Shown: one piece after another, positions 38,609-48,012 of the stretch
Numbering within the stretch: position 1 is the stretch's first letter
Layout: each line of letters opens with the position of its first letter
Assembly: GCA_036677065.1 (NCBI GenBank)
Contig: JAKFBS010000002.1
Span: forward strand, 384,001-448,000
Direction of reading: 5' to 3'
Source of the DNA: Bdellovibrio sp.
GTDB taxonomy: Bacteria; Bdellovibrionota; Bdellovibrionia; Bdellovibrionales; Bdellovibrionaceae
DNA length: 64,000 nt
The notes under the pieces: generated by a model
The model's database searches: none
The model's input: the letters and a program-made list of their open reading frames with translations, nothing else
Told to the model about the DNA's origin: nothing
Program-made: the position numbers and the translations under genes

Positions 38609-39451
38609 CTAGTAATCCCCGTCGTCATCCATACTTGGCGCATCGCCAATACCGCGGATTTCGTCAGAGAAAGATTGAACTTCATCGTCGTTACCGTCGT
38701 TTTCGTTCAATGCTGATTCATCGATTTCAAGTTCTTGGATGGCCATTAAGAATTCTTTTTCTGATTTAAGATCTTTTCTAATCATTTCTAAGAATTTATC
38801 TGGGTAGCGAGATGTTAAGTCTTCAACGTATTTTTCTAATTTACCATCAATTAAAATAGCTTTTCTGATTTGGATTTTCTTCCAAAGTAATAAGTAGTGA
38901 AAACGGCAGTAACCTTCAACACTGGCTACTTGATCGCAATCACGAACGCGGCATAAACGACGACCTTCAGAATCGGTAAGATAAATTTCTTCATCTTTTT
39001 GTTCTTCTTCTTCGTCATCTGATAATTCTAAATTTTCGTCTTCATCAACTTCTTCAACTTCTTTTAAATCATCTTCGTAATCAGAAATTTCTGAATCGCC
39101 AAAATTATCATCAAATAAATCATCATCTTCTTCGGCTGTCGCTTTTTTCTCAGTCTTTTTAGATTTAGATTTAAGCTTAGCGTCAGCCTTTGGAGCCTTA
39201 ACGCTCTCGGCCACAACTGCTTTAGTTTCTACTTTTTTAGGAGCTTCGGCTTTCTTTAAAACAGGCTTTGCTTCTTTTTTAAGAACAACTTTTGCTTTAG
39301 GTGCGGGCTTAGCAACAGGCTTAGCTGCCACTTTTGCCTGAACTTTGGCTTTTATCACAGGTTTAGCTACCGGTTTTGCCTTAGTTGCGGGCTTTGCAGT
39401 CGCTTTTGTAACAACTTTTGCTTTAATTTTAGACGCAATCTTTTTAGCCAT
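38609..39451 (-). CDS. Hypothetical protein: Lys/Ala/Pro-rich N-terminus, acidic linker, putative Zn-finger (start moved to ATG 39451)
   Basis: AGGAG SD; AKP repeats, D/E tract, CRVRDC-x9-CRFH. Confidence 0.8.
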   Translation of the reverse strand: MAKKIASKIKAKVVTKATAKPATKAKPVAKPVIKAKVQAKVAAKPVAKPAPKAKVVLKKEAKPVLKKAEAPKKVETKAVVAESVKAPKADAKLKSKSKKTEKKATAEEDDDLFDDNFGDSEISDYEDDLKEVEEVDEDENLELSDDEEEEQKDEEIYLTDSEGRRLCRVRDCDQVASVEGYCRFHYLLLWKKIQIRKAILIDGKLEKYVEDLTSRYPDKFLEMIRKDLKSEKEFLMAIQELEIDESALNENDGNDDEVQSFSDEIRGIGDAPSMDDDGDY

Positions 39452-39572
39452 GAGTACTCCTGAAGTAATATACAAAATAGCGTTGCGACATAATGCAAAT
39501 ACTGTCAACCGCTTTTATTGAAGTTCTTTTCGCTCTCGTGTTAAATTAATTTTTTAACAAAGGAAAAAGTCT

Positions 39573-40751
39573 ATGGAAAAAATCGTAATCGTATCAGCAC
39601 AACGTACTCCTGTTGGAAGTTTTCAAGGTCAATTATCTACACTTGCAGCGCCGCGCTTAGGTGCGATCGCTATTAAATCTGCATTAGAAAAAGCTAACGT
39701 TAAAACTACTGAAATTGATGAAGTGATCATGGGCCAAGTGTTAACGGCCGGTGTTGGACAGGCTCCTGCACGTCAAGCAGCTATATACGCTGGCATTGCA
39801 AACTCTGCAGTGTGCATGACGATCAATAAAGTTTGTGGATCTGGTTTAAAAGCTGTGATGCTTGCAGCAGATTCTTTACGCCTAGGTCACACAACAATCG
39901 CAGTTGCTGGCGGACAAGAAAATATGTCTTTAGCGCCCCACTTATTAGAAAATTCTCGCAATGGTTACCGCATGGGCTCAGTGCAAATGATCGATTCAAT
40001 GGTTAAAGATGGCCTTTGGGATCCTTACAATAATTTTCACATGGGCAACGCCGCTGAAATTTGTTCGCGTGAATTTTCATTCACTCGTGAAGCGCAAGAT
40101 GCATTTGCTATTGATTCATATAAAAAAGCTCAGGCCGCAACAGCTGCAGGTCATTTCAAAAATGAAATCGCAGAAGTTACTATCGAAGGCAAAAAAGGTA
40201 ATGTCGTTGTTAACATCGATGAAGAACCAACAAAAGCAATGTTTGATAAAATGCCAGGTTTAAAACCTGCGTTTGAAAAAGACGGAACAATCACTGCAGC
40301 AAATGCTTCAAAAATTAACGATGGCGCTGCGGCAGTTGTATTAATGACTGAATCAGAAGCTAAAAAACGTGGCTTAAAACCATTAGCTACAATCATTTCA
40401 CAAGCTACTTTTGCTCAAGAACCTAAGTACTTTACTACAGCTCCGGTTGGCGCGATTAAAAAATCACTTCAATTTGCATCACTTAATGTAAATGATATCG
40501 ATTTATTCGAAATCAACGAAGCCTTTGCGAACGTAACTATGGCTGCACAAAAATCTTTAGAAATTCCAGCTGAAAAAACAAATGTGCACGGTGGTGCGAT
40601 TGCGATCGGTCATCCCATCGGTGGATCTGGCGCGCGTATTTTAACTACCCTTGTTCACTCTCTTCACACGCGCAATGCAAAACGTGGTTTAGCTACATTA
40701 TGCATCGGCGGCGGCGAAGCAGTTTCTGTAATCATTGAAAAATATAACTAG
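39573..40751 (+). CDS. atoB: Acetyl-CoA C-acetyltransferase (thiolase)
   Basis: NKVCGSG, NEAFA, GHPIG, CIGGG. Confidence 0.93.
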   Translation: MEKIVIVSAQRTPVGSFQGQLSTLAAPRLGAIAIKSALEKANVKTTEIDEVIMGQVLTAGVGQAPARQAAIYAGIANSAVCMTINKVCGSGLKAVMLAADSLRLGHTTIAVAGGQENMSLAPHLLENSRNGYRMGSVQMIDSMVKDGLWDPYNNFHMGNAAEICSREFSFTREAQDAFAIDSYKKAQAATAAGHFKNEIAEVTIEGKKGNVVVNIDEEPTKAMFDKMPGLKPAFEKDGTITAANASKINDGAAAVVLMTESEAKKRGLKPLATIISQATFAQEPKYFTTAPVGAIKKSLQFASLNVNDIDLFEINEAFANVTMAAQKSLEIPAEKTNVHGGAIAIGHPIGGSGARILTTLVHSLHTRNAKRGLATLCIGGGEAVSVIIEKYN

Positions 40752-40759
40752 AGGATATT

Positions 40760-41458
40760 ATGTCTACTAAAGTTTATGCTAATGCAAAAGAAGCCCTAAA
40801 AGGTGTCGCCGATAATATGACATACTTAGTGGGTGGTTTTGGTCTTTGCGGAATTCCTGAAAACTGCATCGAAGCCCTTCGCGATTCAGGTGTAAAAAAC
40901 ATCACTTGCGTCAGTAACAACGCCGGCGTTGATGATTTTGGTTTAGGTTTATTATTAAAAACCCGTCAGATTAAAAAAATGATGTCTTCATATGTGGGCG
41001 AAAACGCGACATTTGAAAAACAATTCATGTCTGGCGAATTAGAACTAGAATTTTGCCCACAAGGTACATTAGCAGAACGACTACGCGCTGGTGGCGCTGG
41101 CATTCCTGCATTCTACACACCGACTGGTGTGGGAACTAAAATCGCCGAAGGCAAAGAAGTTCGCCAATTTGATGGCCGTGACTTCGTTTTAGAAAAAGGA
41201 ATTACCGGAGATTTCGCATTTGTTAAAGCCTGGAAAGGCGACAAATTCGGAAATCTAGTTTTTAGAAAAACTGCTCGCAATTTTAATCCAATGATTGCTA
41301 CTGCCGGAAAAATCACAGTCGCTGAAGTTGAAGAGTTAGTTGAAATTGGCGAATTAGAACCAGATCAAGTTCACACTCCTGGAGTATACGTGCAAAGAAT
41401 TTTCAAAGTGACTAACCAAGAGAAACGCATCGAACAACGTACCGTCAGAAAAGGTTAA
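40760..41458 (+). CDS. scoA: 3-oxoacid CoA-transferase subunit A
   Basis: [23 protein letters not shown]. Confidence 0.9.
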   Translation: MSTKVYANAKEALKGVADNMTYLVGGFGLCGIPENCIEALRDSGVKNITCVSNNAGVDDFGLGLLLKTRQIKKMMSSYVGENATFEKQFMSGELELEFCPQGTLAERLRAGGAGIPAFYTPTGVGTKIAEGKEVRQFDGRDFVLEKGITGDFAFVKAWKGDKFGNLVFRKTARNFNPMIATAGKITVAEVEELVEIGELEPDQVHTPGVYVQRIFKVTNQEKRIEQRTVRKG

Positions 41459-41462
41459 ACGT

Positions 41463-42119
41463 ATGCCATTAAATAAAGAACAAATTGCACAAAGAATTTC
41501 TCAGGAAGTACAAGATGGCTACACAGTTAATCTTGGTATCGGTATTCCAACTTTGGTTGTGAATTATATTCCGCCAACAAAAACTGTTATGTTTCAAAGC
41601 GAAAACGGATTATTAGGCATGGGCCCTTTTCCGCTGGAAGGCACTGAAGACGCTGATCTTATTAATGCCGGAAAACAAACTGTGACTGCATTAAAAGGCG
41701 CAAGTTTTTTTTCAAGCGCAGATAGTTTTGCGATGATTCGCGGTGGCCACATTGATTTAACTGTTCTGGGTGCGATGGAAGTCGACGAAAATGGAAGCAT
41801 CGCCAATTGGATGGTTCCAGGTAAAATGGTTAAAGGCATGGGCGGCGCGATGGATTTAGTTGCGGGCGCAAAAAATGTAATCGTAGCTATGCAACACGTA
41901 GATAAAGAAGGTAATTCAAAACTTCGCACAAAATGCACACTGCCGTTAACAGGTGTAAAGTGTATTAAAAAAATCGTTTCTGATTACGGCGTAATTGATG
42001 TCACCGAAAATGGTTTTGTCTTACGTGAATATGCTCCCGATCTTACAGCTGAAGCTGTTGTTAAAGCCACTGAAGGCAAAATGACAATCGCACCAGATTG
42101 TAAGCCGATGACATTTTAA
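41463..42119 (+). CDS. scoB: 3-oxoacid CoA-transferase subunit B
   Basis: NLGIGIP, QSENG, GMGGAMDL. Confidence 0.9.
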   Translation: MPLNKEQIAQRISQEVQDGYTVNLGIGIPTLVVNYIPPTKTVMFQSENGLLGMGPFPLEGTEDADLINAGKQTVTALKGASFFSSADSFAMIRGGHIDLTVLGAMEVDENGSIANWMVPGKMVKGMGGAMDLVAGAKNVIVAMQHVDKEGNSKLRTKCTLPLTGVKCIKKIVSDYGVIDVTENGFVLREYAPDLTAEAVVKATEGKMTIAPDCKPMTF

Positions 42120-42331
42120 TGGGAGATATTTCTCTTTCATCACTAGCTGCGGGCTTTGTTTTTGGAGTCATTGGCTTTTGGCTCATTAAAGAAGGCAAAC
42201 GTCGCACAGAGGTGCGTTTAGTCATCATCGGCATTACGATGATAGGTTATTCGTACTTCACCGGTTCGCCGTTCGCTGACTGGGGAATAGGCCTTGGGCT
42301 ATGCGGGCTTGCTTATTTTTGCTGGGTGTAA
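42119..42331 (+). CDS. Small membrane protein
   Basis: TAATG coupling to scoB; three hydrophobic segments. Confidence 0.65.
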   Translation: MGDISLSSLAAGFVFGVIGFWLIKEGKRRTEVRLVIIGITMIGYSYFTGSPFADWGIGLGLCGLAYFCWV

Positions 42332-42427
42332 CTTTAATCGCCCATGCTGTTTTCTAGAGTGAAAACTTGAGTATAAAATTCATGCAAGTCACAATTTTGA
42401 GCTAGTGCCGAAGCGATACTGTTCCAA

Positions 42428-42444
42428 TTGGCCCTGTGATTGCT
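42428..42444 (+). promoter_or_regulatory. sigma54 (-24/-12) promoter
   Basis: TTGGCCCTGTGATTGCT, GG-N10-GC spacing, ~37 nt upstream of ATG 42481. Confidence 0.7.
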
Positions 42445-42480
42445 TTAGTGATCTTCCGAACTCATATCGGGAGATATTAA

Positions 42481-43146
42481 ATGAAAACTACACTAATCGG
42501 ATTGTTACTACTTTTATCAACTCAAAGCTTCGCACAAAAACCACCATCAGCGGCTGTTACCAGCGTACAAATCGATGGTTCTGGCTGTGAAGCTGGTTCT
42601 GCAAACGCGCTTATCACTTCAGACTTAAATTACTTAAGTGTATTATATGATCGCTTCTCTGTAGAACTTGGCAAAGGCACTGCAAACCCAGGTGATTCAA
42701 ACGACGAAAAATCTTGCTCGATCGTTGTAAATATCAACGTTCCTCATGGTTGGACTTTTGATTTCGATACAGTTGATTACCGCGGTTTTGTTGAAGTCAC
42801 AAACTCTGGCGCTTTAGGTTACCAATTCATTAAGGCTGAAATCGAAGGCGGAAGATCTTTTGGTTTTGAGCAAAAAGTATTTAAAGGTCCAATCAATAAA
42901 AATTACGTTGTGTCAGTTAAAAATCAAGCTCCCGGAATTTTCGGTAGCCTTGGTGGTATCGGTAAAATCGGCGGCGCAGTAGCTTGTTTATCTGGTGGTC
43001 AAAACATCCGTGTAAAAATCAAATCACAAATCGGCGTTAAGAGCTTAATTAAATTCTTAAAACCTAGAGCACGTCTAGTGATCGATTCAACAGACGCGTC
43101 TATGGCTCAAAAATTAAAATTCAACTGGAAACGTTGTGGCGGCTAG
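42481..43146 (+). CDS. Secreted DUF4360-family protein
   Basis: Signal peptide; GSGC.AGS, YD.F, K.C.I.V...P.GW.F, DYRGF, DS.D, W..C. Confidence 0.8.
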   Translation: MKTTLIGLLLLLSTQSFAQKPPSAAVTSVQIDGSGCEAGSANALITSDLNYLSVLYDRFSVELGKGTANPGDSNDEKSCSIVVNINVPHGWTFDFDTVDYRGFVEVTNSGALGYQFIKAEIEGGRSFGFEQKVFKGPINKNYVVSVKNQAPGIFGSLGGIGKIGGAVACLSGGQNIRVKIKSQIGVKSLIKFLKPRARLVIDSTDASMAQKLKFNWKRCGG

Positions 43147-44634
43147 TTAGCTAATTTCTTTTACAGATGAAAACCGAAGAGGCAGCTTTGAATCAGCTGC
43201 CTTTTTGTATTCTTCGCCACCCAAAGTATGCACATGCAAAGAATTCGTTTTACCTTTTTCTGATAAAGGCTGACCTAAAGTGAAAATAATCTTATCACCC
43301 GTCTTACCTAAACCATTTTCAATTAACATCTGTTCAATTTGTGCGATGATATCTTTTAAATTCGTATAAGGTTTAAGAGCTAGAGTTTGCAAACCCCATA
43401 AAATTTCTAAACGATTTAACACTTCAATATCAGTTGTAACGGCAACAATTTGAGCTTTCGGGCGAAAGCTAGAAATAATTTGTGCGGTTTTACCTGAAGT
43501 CGTTAAACACACAATCGCTGAAGCATTTAATTTTAAGGCTGAAAGCGCAGAACTTGCTGCAATCGCAGCAGGCGTTGATAACAATTCATTTTCTAAAGAA
43601 ATTTTATAATAATTTTCTTCGTTCTTTTCAACTTCAAGAATGATTTCGTGCATAGTGCGGATCGCTTTAAACGGATATTTACCGCTGGCGCTTTCTGCAG
43701 ATAACATCAAGGCATCAGTGCCATCCAGCACGGCATTGGCCACATCTGTGATCTCGGCGCGCGTTGGGCGTGGATTTTCAACCATTGAATCCAGCATTTG
43801 AGTTGCTGTGATCACTGGTTTTCCTAATTGATTGCAAAGTTTAATAATTTTTTTCTGAGAACTTGGTAAACGACTTTGGCCAACTTCAACGGCTAAGTCT
43901 CCGCGAGCGACCATAACGACATCTGATAGGCGCACGATCTCTTCTAAATTTTCAAGAGCCTCTAACATTTCAATTTTAGCTACGATTTTGGCCGGTGATT
44001 TATGAGCGTCAATAATTTCACGTAATTGCCTGATATCTTTACCAAAACGCACGAAACTTAAAGCGATAAAATCTACGCCATGCTTCAAACCGAAATCTAA
44101 ATCTTTTAAATCTTTTTCAGTCATCGCTTCTACCGGAAGTAAAATGCCTGGCAAGTTCATGCCTTTACGGTTTTTTAAAATTCCGCCGTAGATCACTTTG
44201 GCTTCAAGCGCTTTTTCGCCGACTTTTAAAACTTCAAGCTCAATCAAGCCATCATCAATTAAAATTTTATTTCCAGGTTTAGCAGCCCTGCACAGCTCTT
44301 TGAAATCACTGGGGATTAAACCCTCTTTACCGAGCACGTCTTCGATAGTCACCGTGACCACTTGATTTTGCGCTAATGTGATTGAGCCTTTTTCAAAAAG
44401 ACCAACACGCACCTTAGGGCCTTGTAAGTCTTGTAAGATGGTGACCGGCGCATTTAATTCAATCGATTTTGCACGTACGGCGTGAATCACTTTTAAATGA
44501 TCTTCATGAGTGCCATGGCTAAAGTTAAGCCTGGCTACGTTCATGCCGGCGCGAATGGCTTGGGCGATATTTTCAGGGTCTTGAGTTGCTGGTCCGATTG
44601 TGGCTACGATTTTTGCTCTACGATGTGCTAACAT
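43147..44634 (-). CDS. pyk: Pyruvate kinase
   Basis: KIVATIGPA, RLNFSHG, DLQGPK, MVARGDL, ATQMLDSM, PTRAE. Confidence 0.98.
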   Translation of the reverse strand: MLAHRRAKIVATIGPATQDPENIAQAIRAGMNVARLNFSHGTHEDHLKVIHAVRAKSIELNAPVTILQDLQGPKVRVGLFEKGSITLAQNQVVTVTIEDVLGKEGLIPSDFKELCRAAKPGNKILIDDGLIELEVLKVGEKALEAKVIYGGILKNRKGMNLPGILLPVEAMTEKDLKDLDFGLKHGVDFIALSFVRFGKDIRQLREIIDAHKSPAKIVAKIEMLEALENLEEIVRLSDVVMVARGDLAVEVGQSRLPSSQKKIIKLCNQLGKPVITATQMLDSMVENPRPTRAEITDVANAVLDGTDALMLSAESASGKYPFKAIRTMHEIILEVEKNEENYYKISLENELLSTPAAIAASSALSALKLNASAIVCLTTSGKTAQIISSFRPKAQIVAVTTDIEVLNRLEILWGLQTLALKPYTNLKDIIAQIEQMLIENGLGKTGDKIIFTLGQPLSEKGKTNSLHVHTLGGEEYKKAADSKLPLRFSSVKEIS

Positions 44635-44651
44635 TGAATCACAATAGCGAT

Positions 44652-45320
44652 TTACTGAACGAAAGTCCTCTTAAAAAAAGTTTCTTTGTTTTTTCGCTGT
44701 TGTTCACGAATACGACGGGCACGGTCGGCTTCTTGTTTTTTCTGTTCTTCAACAGAAGCAATTCGGCGGTTTAAAATCTGCTTATGCACAGCCACATCCT
44801 GCTTGAAGCTTTTATTGTAAATAGGCGAAATGTTTTTGTATTCAGCTTTTAAGGTATCAACACTATTATAAAAACCAGCTAACTTTTTAATAAACGGTTC
44901 GCGGTCTAAAAGATATCTTTCAGTCTCGCCGTCACTAAACTTAAAGACATAAAAATCCTTACCATCTATCACTTCGATCTGGCCTTTGGTAATATCAGCA
45001 TAAGATGGAAATTTAGTCAGTGGAACACCTTTTACATGCACAGTACTATTTGTACCCAGCACAATGAAGCCACCAACAACAGGCTCAAGATTGAGTTGTG
45101 CAAAGTCAGTAATTTTAACGACCGCATTTTTTAGGAATACGAAGCTTGTTTGGTTAATGACTGATTTATGACGAGAAATTGATTTAATGGTGCAAGGCAG
45201 AGTTTGTTTTACGTAACAATCAGCTGGTTGACTTACGATTTTATCATCTTTAACCGCCACAGCTTTAGCCATTGCATTAAAAGATGAAAATAAAAGAAAT
45301 GCCGCCACAAGTTGTTTCAT
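44652..45320 (-). CDS. Hypothetical secreted protein
   Basis: Signal peptide (..NAMA); beta-rich core, basic helical tail. Confidence 0.75.
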   Translation of the reverse strand: MKQLVAAFLLFSSFNAMAKAVAVKDDKIVSQPADCYVKQTLPCTIKSISRHKSVINQTSFVFLKNAVVKITDFAQLNLEPVVGGFIVLGTNSTVHVKGVPLTKFPSYADITKGQIEVIDGKDFYVFKFSDGETERYLLDREPFIKKLAGFYNSVDTLKAEYKNISPIYNKSFKQDVAVHKQILNRRIASVEEQKKQEADRARRIREQQRKNKETFFKRTFVQ

Positions 45321-45321
45321 A

Positions 45322-45930
45322 TTATTCTACCTTTAACCCACCGAAATCGCTCTTAAGAATTCCTTCAATTTTGCGTGAATCTTCTTTGCGATTTAGCAAT
45401 GAGTACGACTTTGATAACCACTGAAGGCCCTTACCCGTCCAATAAGACTCTGGATAGCGCAAGACCATATTATCCAACGTATCAATGCACACCTCAGACA
45501 ATTTTAAATTAGAACACTGAAGCGCAATTGATTCGTAATCAGCACGCGCTAAATACTCATCATTGGCTGTAGATTTTTTAATTTTTTCAACCATGACCAA
45601 AGCTTCTTTGAATTTTTTCTTTTGCTTTAGCTCGGTCACGCGCATGAAATAAAATTCAGATAGATCAACATCTTTATGTTTTATTTTAGATAATGACTTT
45701 TGCACATCAGAGTCAACTGAAGCGATGCCACGCACATTAGAATGACTTGAACTGTTTAGCTCAGCTAATTGAATTTCCAGCTTTTTTTGTTCTAAAGCCT
45801 GCGACAAGAACTGGATGCGTTTTTTGTCGATTTCTGAGCCCTCTATATAAATGTCAAAACAAATATAAAATGACGATAGGCCAAATAATAGAAATAAGCT
45901 TAAAAATAGATATTGATAGCTTCTGCTCAT
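45322..45930 (-). CDS. Hypothetical membrane-anchored protein, TPR-like C-terminus
   Basis: N-terminal TM, coiled coil, RYPES TPR-like motif. Confidence 0.7.
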   Translation of the reverse strand: MSRSYQYLFLSLFLLFGLSSFYICFDIYIEGSEIDKKRIQFLSQALEQKKLEIQLAELNSSSHSNVRGIASVDSDVQKSLSKIKHKDVDLSEFYFMRVTELKQKKKFKEALVMVEKIKKSTANDEYLARADYESIALQCSNLKLSEVCIDTLDNMVLRYPESYWTGKGLQWLSKSYSLLNRKEDSRKIEGILKSDFGGLKVE

Positions 45931-45937
45931 GTATCAC

Positions 45938-45964
45938 ATTTCGGCAATTATAAGACTAAAGTTA
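45938..45964 (-). promoter_or_regulatory. sigma28-type promoter
   Basis: TAAC-N15-GCCGAAAT, 7 nt before ATG 45930. Confidence 0.7.
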
Positions 45965-46054
45965 AGAAATTCCTTAATGTTATGCAGAAAAAGATGACTG
46001 AAAACCAGTAACTCATTAGGTTCATAGTTCGCATTTACAGTGTTTGGGGAGTCG

Positions 46055-46342
46055 ATGAACAAAGCAGAGTTAGTTAGCGCAGTTTCTGATAAAACTAAAC
46101 TTTCAAAGTCTCAAGTTGAGACAATGATCAATACTACATTAGAAGTTATCCAAAAAACCGTTTCTAAAGGCGAAGAGGTTAAAATCGTAGGTTTTGGCTC
46201 TTTTCAAGTACAAGCCCGCAAAGCCAAAACTGGCCGTAATCCAAAAACTGGTGAAACTCATAAAATTCCAGAATGCTCTATTCCCCGCTTCAAGCCCGGC
46301 AAAGAATTTAAAACTCTTGTTGGCAAAAAGAAAGCTACCTAG
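46055..46342 (+). CDS. hup: DNA-binding protein HU (start ATG 46055)
   Basis: MNKAEL, GFGSF, GRNPKTGE, P.FKPGK; GGGGAG SD. Confidence 0.93.
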   Translation: MNKAELVSAVSDKTKLSKSQVETMINTTLEVIQKTVSKGEEVKIVGFGSFQVQARKAKTGRNPKTGETHKIPECSIPRFKPGKEFKTLVGKKKAT

Positions 46343-46345
46343 AAC

Positions 46346-47932
46346 TTAAAATTTATCAAATTTAGATTTAAAAGCCGATGGCCATGAATCGATGATTTCA
46401 ACCGTCTCGTAATACGATTGAACAAACAACTTACCCTGTAAATCTTTTAACAAAAGCTGTTTGTGCTGCGGTAATTTTAATATTTTCTTTTGAAACGCGG
46501 TATAGACTTTTTCACCCATAATACCACCCAAAATATTTGCGGCCGTAACATGGCTTTTTTTATTTCTTAGGCTTGATTTTTTCTTATTCAAAAATGATAA
46601 ATCCTGAAACGTCGCAAAACGCACTTCGTTTAATTTCTGCTCTAAGGCCAACACTAAAGCTTCTTTACCTTTATCAGAAAACTGCTCTGATCTTAAGGCT
46701 GTTCTTATATCATCAAAAGTGTCTGTTTTCTTCTTCGGATTGATAATCTTAGTTAAAAAATAGGTCAGCATTTCAAGCCAGATGTTTTTTAAAAAATCTT
46801 TTTTGCCATCGATGATAGATTTTTTATAAACACCCAATTTATACAACACAAAAAGAGCCGCCACTTTTGAAATCTGATTTAACGAAGGGCGCGCCACAAA
46901 ACCCATTTGCTGTTCTGGACAATAAAAAGACTGGCCCGACAGCAACAGTTCTTTATAATAAGCGCGCTCTAACGCCGGAAGTTTTTGAATTTTATTAAAT
47001 AGAACTTCGTCATTAACTGAATACACACTCAAATCATCAACTTTAATATGAATATTCAACATTTTATTTAAAACTTCTACCGCTTGCGAAACGTGATCAG
47101 TTAAATCGTAATCATCAACTTTAATTTTTTTATCGTGTCCGGTCTCAAGGTAGAGTAAATAATCCTGCCATTTTACCCATGGTAATACCGACATCAAGGC
47201 CCAGCGATTGGCTGATAATTTAACAAAATCAGCGCTGGATGGATCTTTATGCTTTTTTAATAATTTAAAGTACAGATTTTCAGGGCTTTGCAACAAAACG
47301 ACTTCTGAAAGTTTACGATTAACTTTTCGCACTTCTTGCGGAAGATGCTTACTAGCCAAATGAAAATCACCGAATTGCACTAACATCTTACGTGTGGAAT
47401 TAGTTTTAATCGCCGTATTGATTAAACCTGCCGTAAAACGATCTTGGTCTGCAAACTTTCGTTTGGTCATCGAATTCAGGGCTACGATCGGTACTTTATT
47501 TTGACTGGCCCATTTCATTAATGGGCGCGTAAACTCCCACGGAAATCCCCAAGTTTTCTTCCATTCAATTTTTTTTAAAAATTCACGCTCATTCAGATGA
47601 CCAGATAAATAGGCATTTAACACTTTTTGATGTTCTATAAAAAAACACTCTAACCCTAAGCACACATTTTGAGCGCCAAGCTTGCGCGCGATCCTAAGAA
47701 CAGCTCTGGTTGACTGTGCTTGGGCGTGAAAATCGCCAATATATACAATTTGGCTTTTATCCATCTGTTTAAACAGCTCTTGTTTACGCCCGATTTCCCA
47801 TTGCGAGCGATTAAGCTCCTGCTCGTACTCTTGCTGATATTTTTGAATTGAGCGCGTTTGATTCCCGATTAAATCTTCAACCTTGCTGCGAATTCTCATG
47901 TAGTAGTCGTACTTAACTTTAACCAGAGGCAT
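46346..47932 (-). CDS. ChaN/EreA/TIKI-superfamily domain protein with C-terminal extension
   Basis: YIGDFH, LGLECF, W...WGFPW, PIVALN, DRF, GDFHL motifs. Confidence 0.7.
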   Translation of the reverse strand: MPLVKVKYDYYMRIRSKVEDLIGNQTRSIQKYQQEYEQELNRSQWEIGRKQELFKQMDKSQIVYIGDFHAQAQSTRAVLRIARKLGAQNVCLGLECFFIEHQKVLNAYLSGHLNEREFLKKIEWKKTWGFPWEFTRPLMKWASQNKVPIVALNSMTKRKFADQDRFTAGLINTAIKTNSTRKMLVQFGDFHLASKHLPQEVRKVNRKLSEVVLLQSPENLYFKLLKKHKDPSSADFVKLSANRWALMSVLPWVKWQDYLLYLETGHDKKIKVDDYDLTDHVSQAVEVLNKMLNIHIKVDDLSVYSVNDEVLFNKIQKLPALERAYYKELLLSGQSFYCPEQQMGFVARPSLNQISKVAALFVLYKLGVYKKSIIDGKKDFLKNIWLEMLTYFLTKIINPKKKTDTFDDIRTALRSEQFSDKGKEALVLALEQKLNEVRFATFQDLSFLNKKKSSLRNKKSHVTAANILGGIMGEKVYTAFQKKILKLPQHKQLLLKDLQGKLFVQSYYETVEIIDSWPSAFKSKFDKF

Positions 47933-48012
47933 TGCACTATGTTAATAAATGATTGCTTGATTTCAACCTTTAATCGTCAAAAGATAATATTTAATTCTAA
48001 GGAACCTGATAT

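Noticed and set aside
39180..39451. DNA tandem repeat or CRISPR-like array
   Set aside because: Repetition is only at the protein level (AKP motifs) with degenerate codons; no repeat-spacer structure seen anywhere in the window
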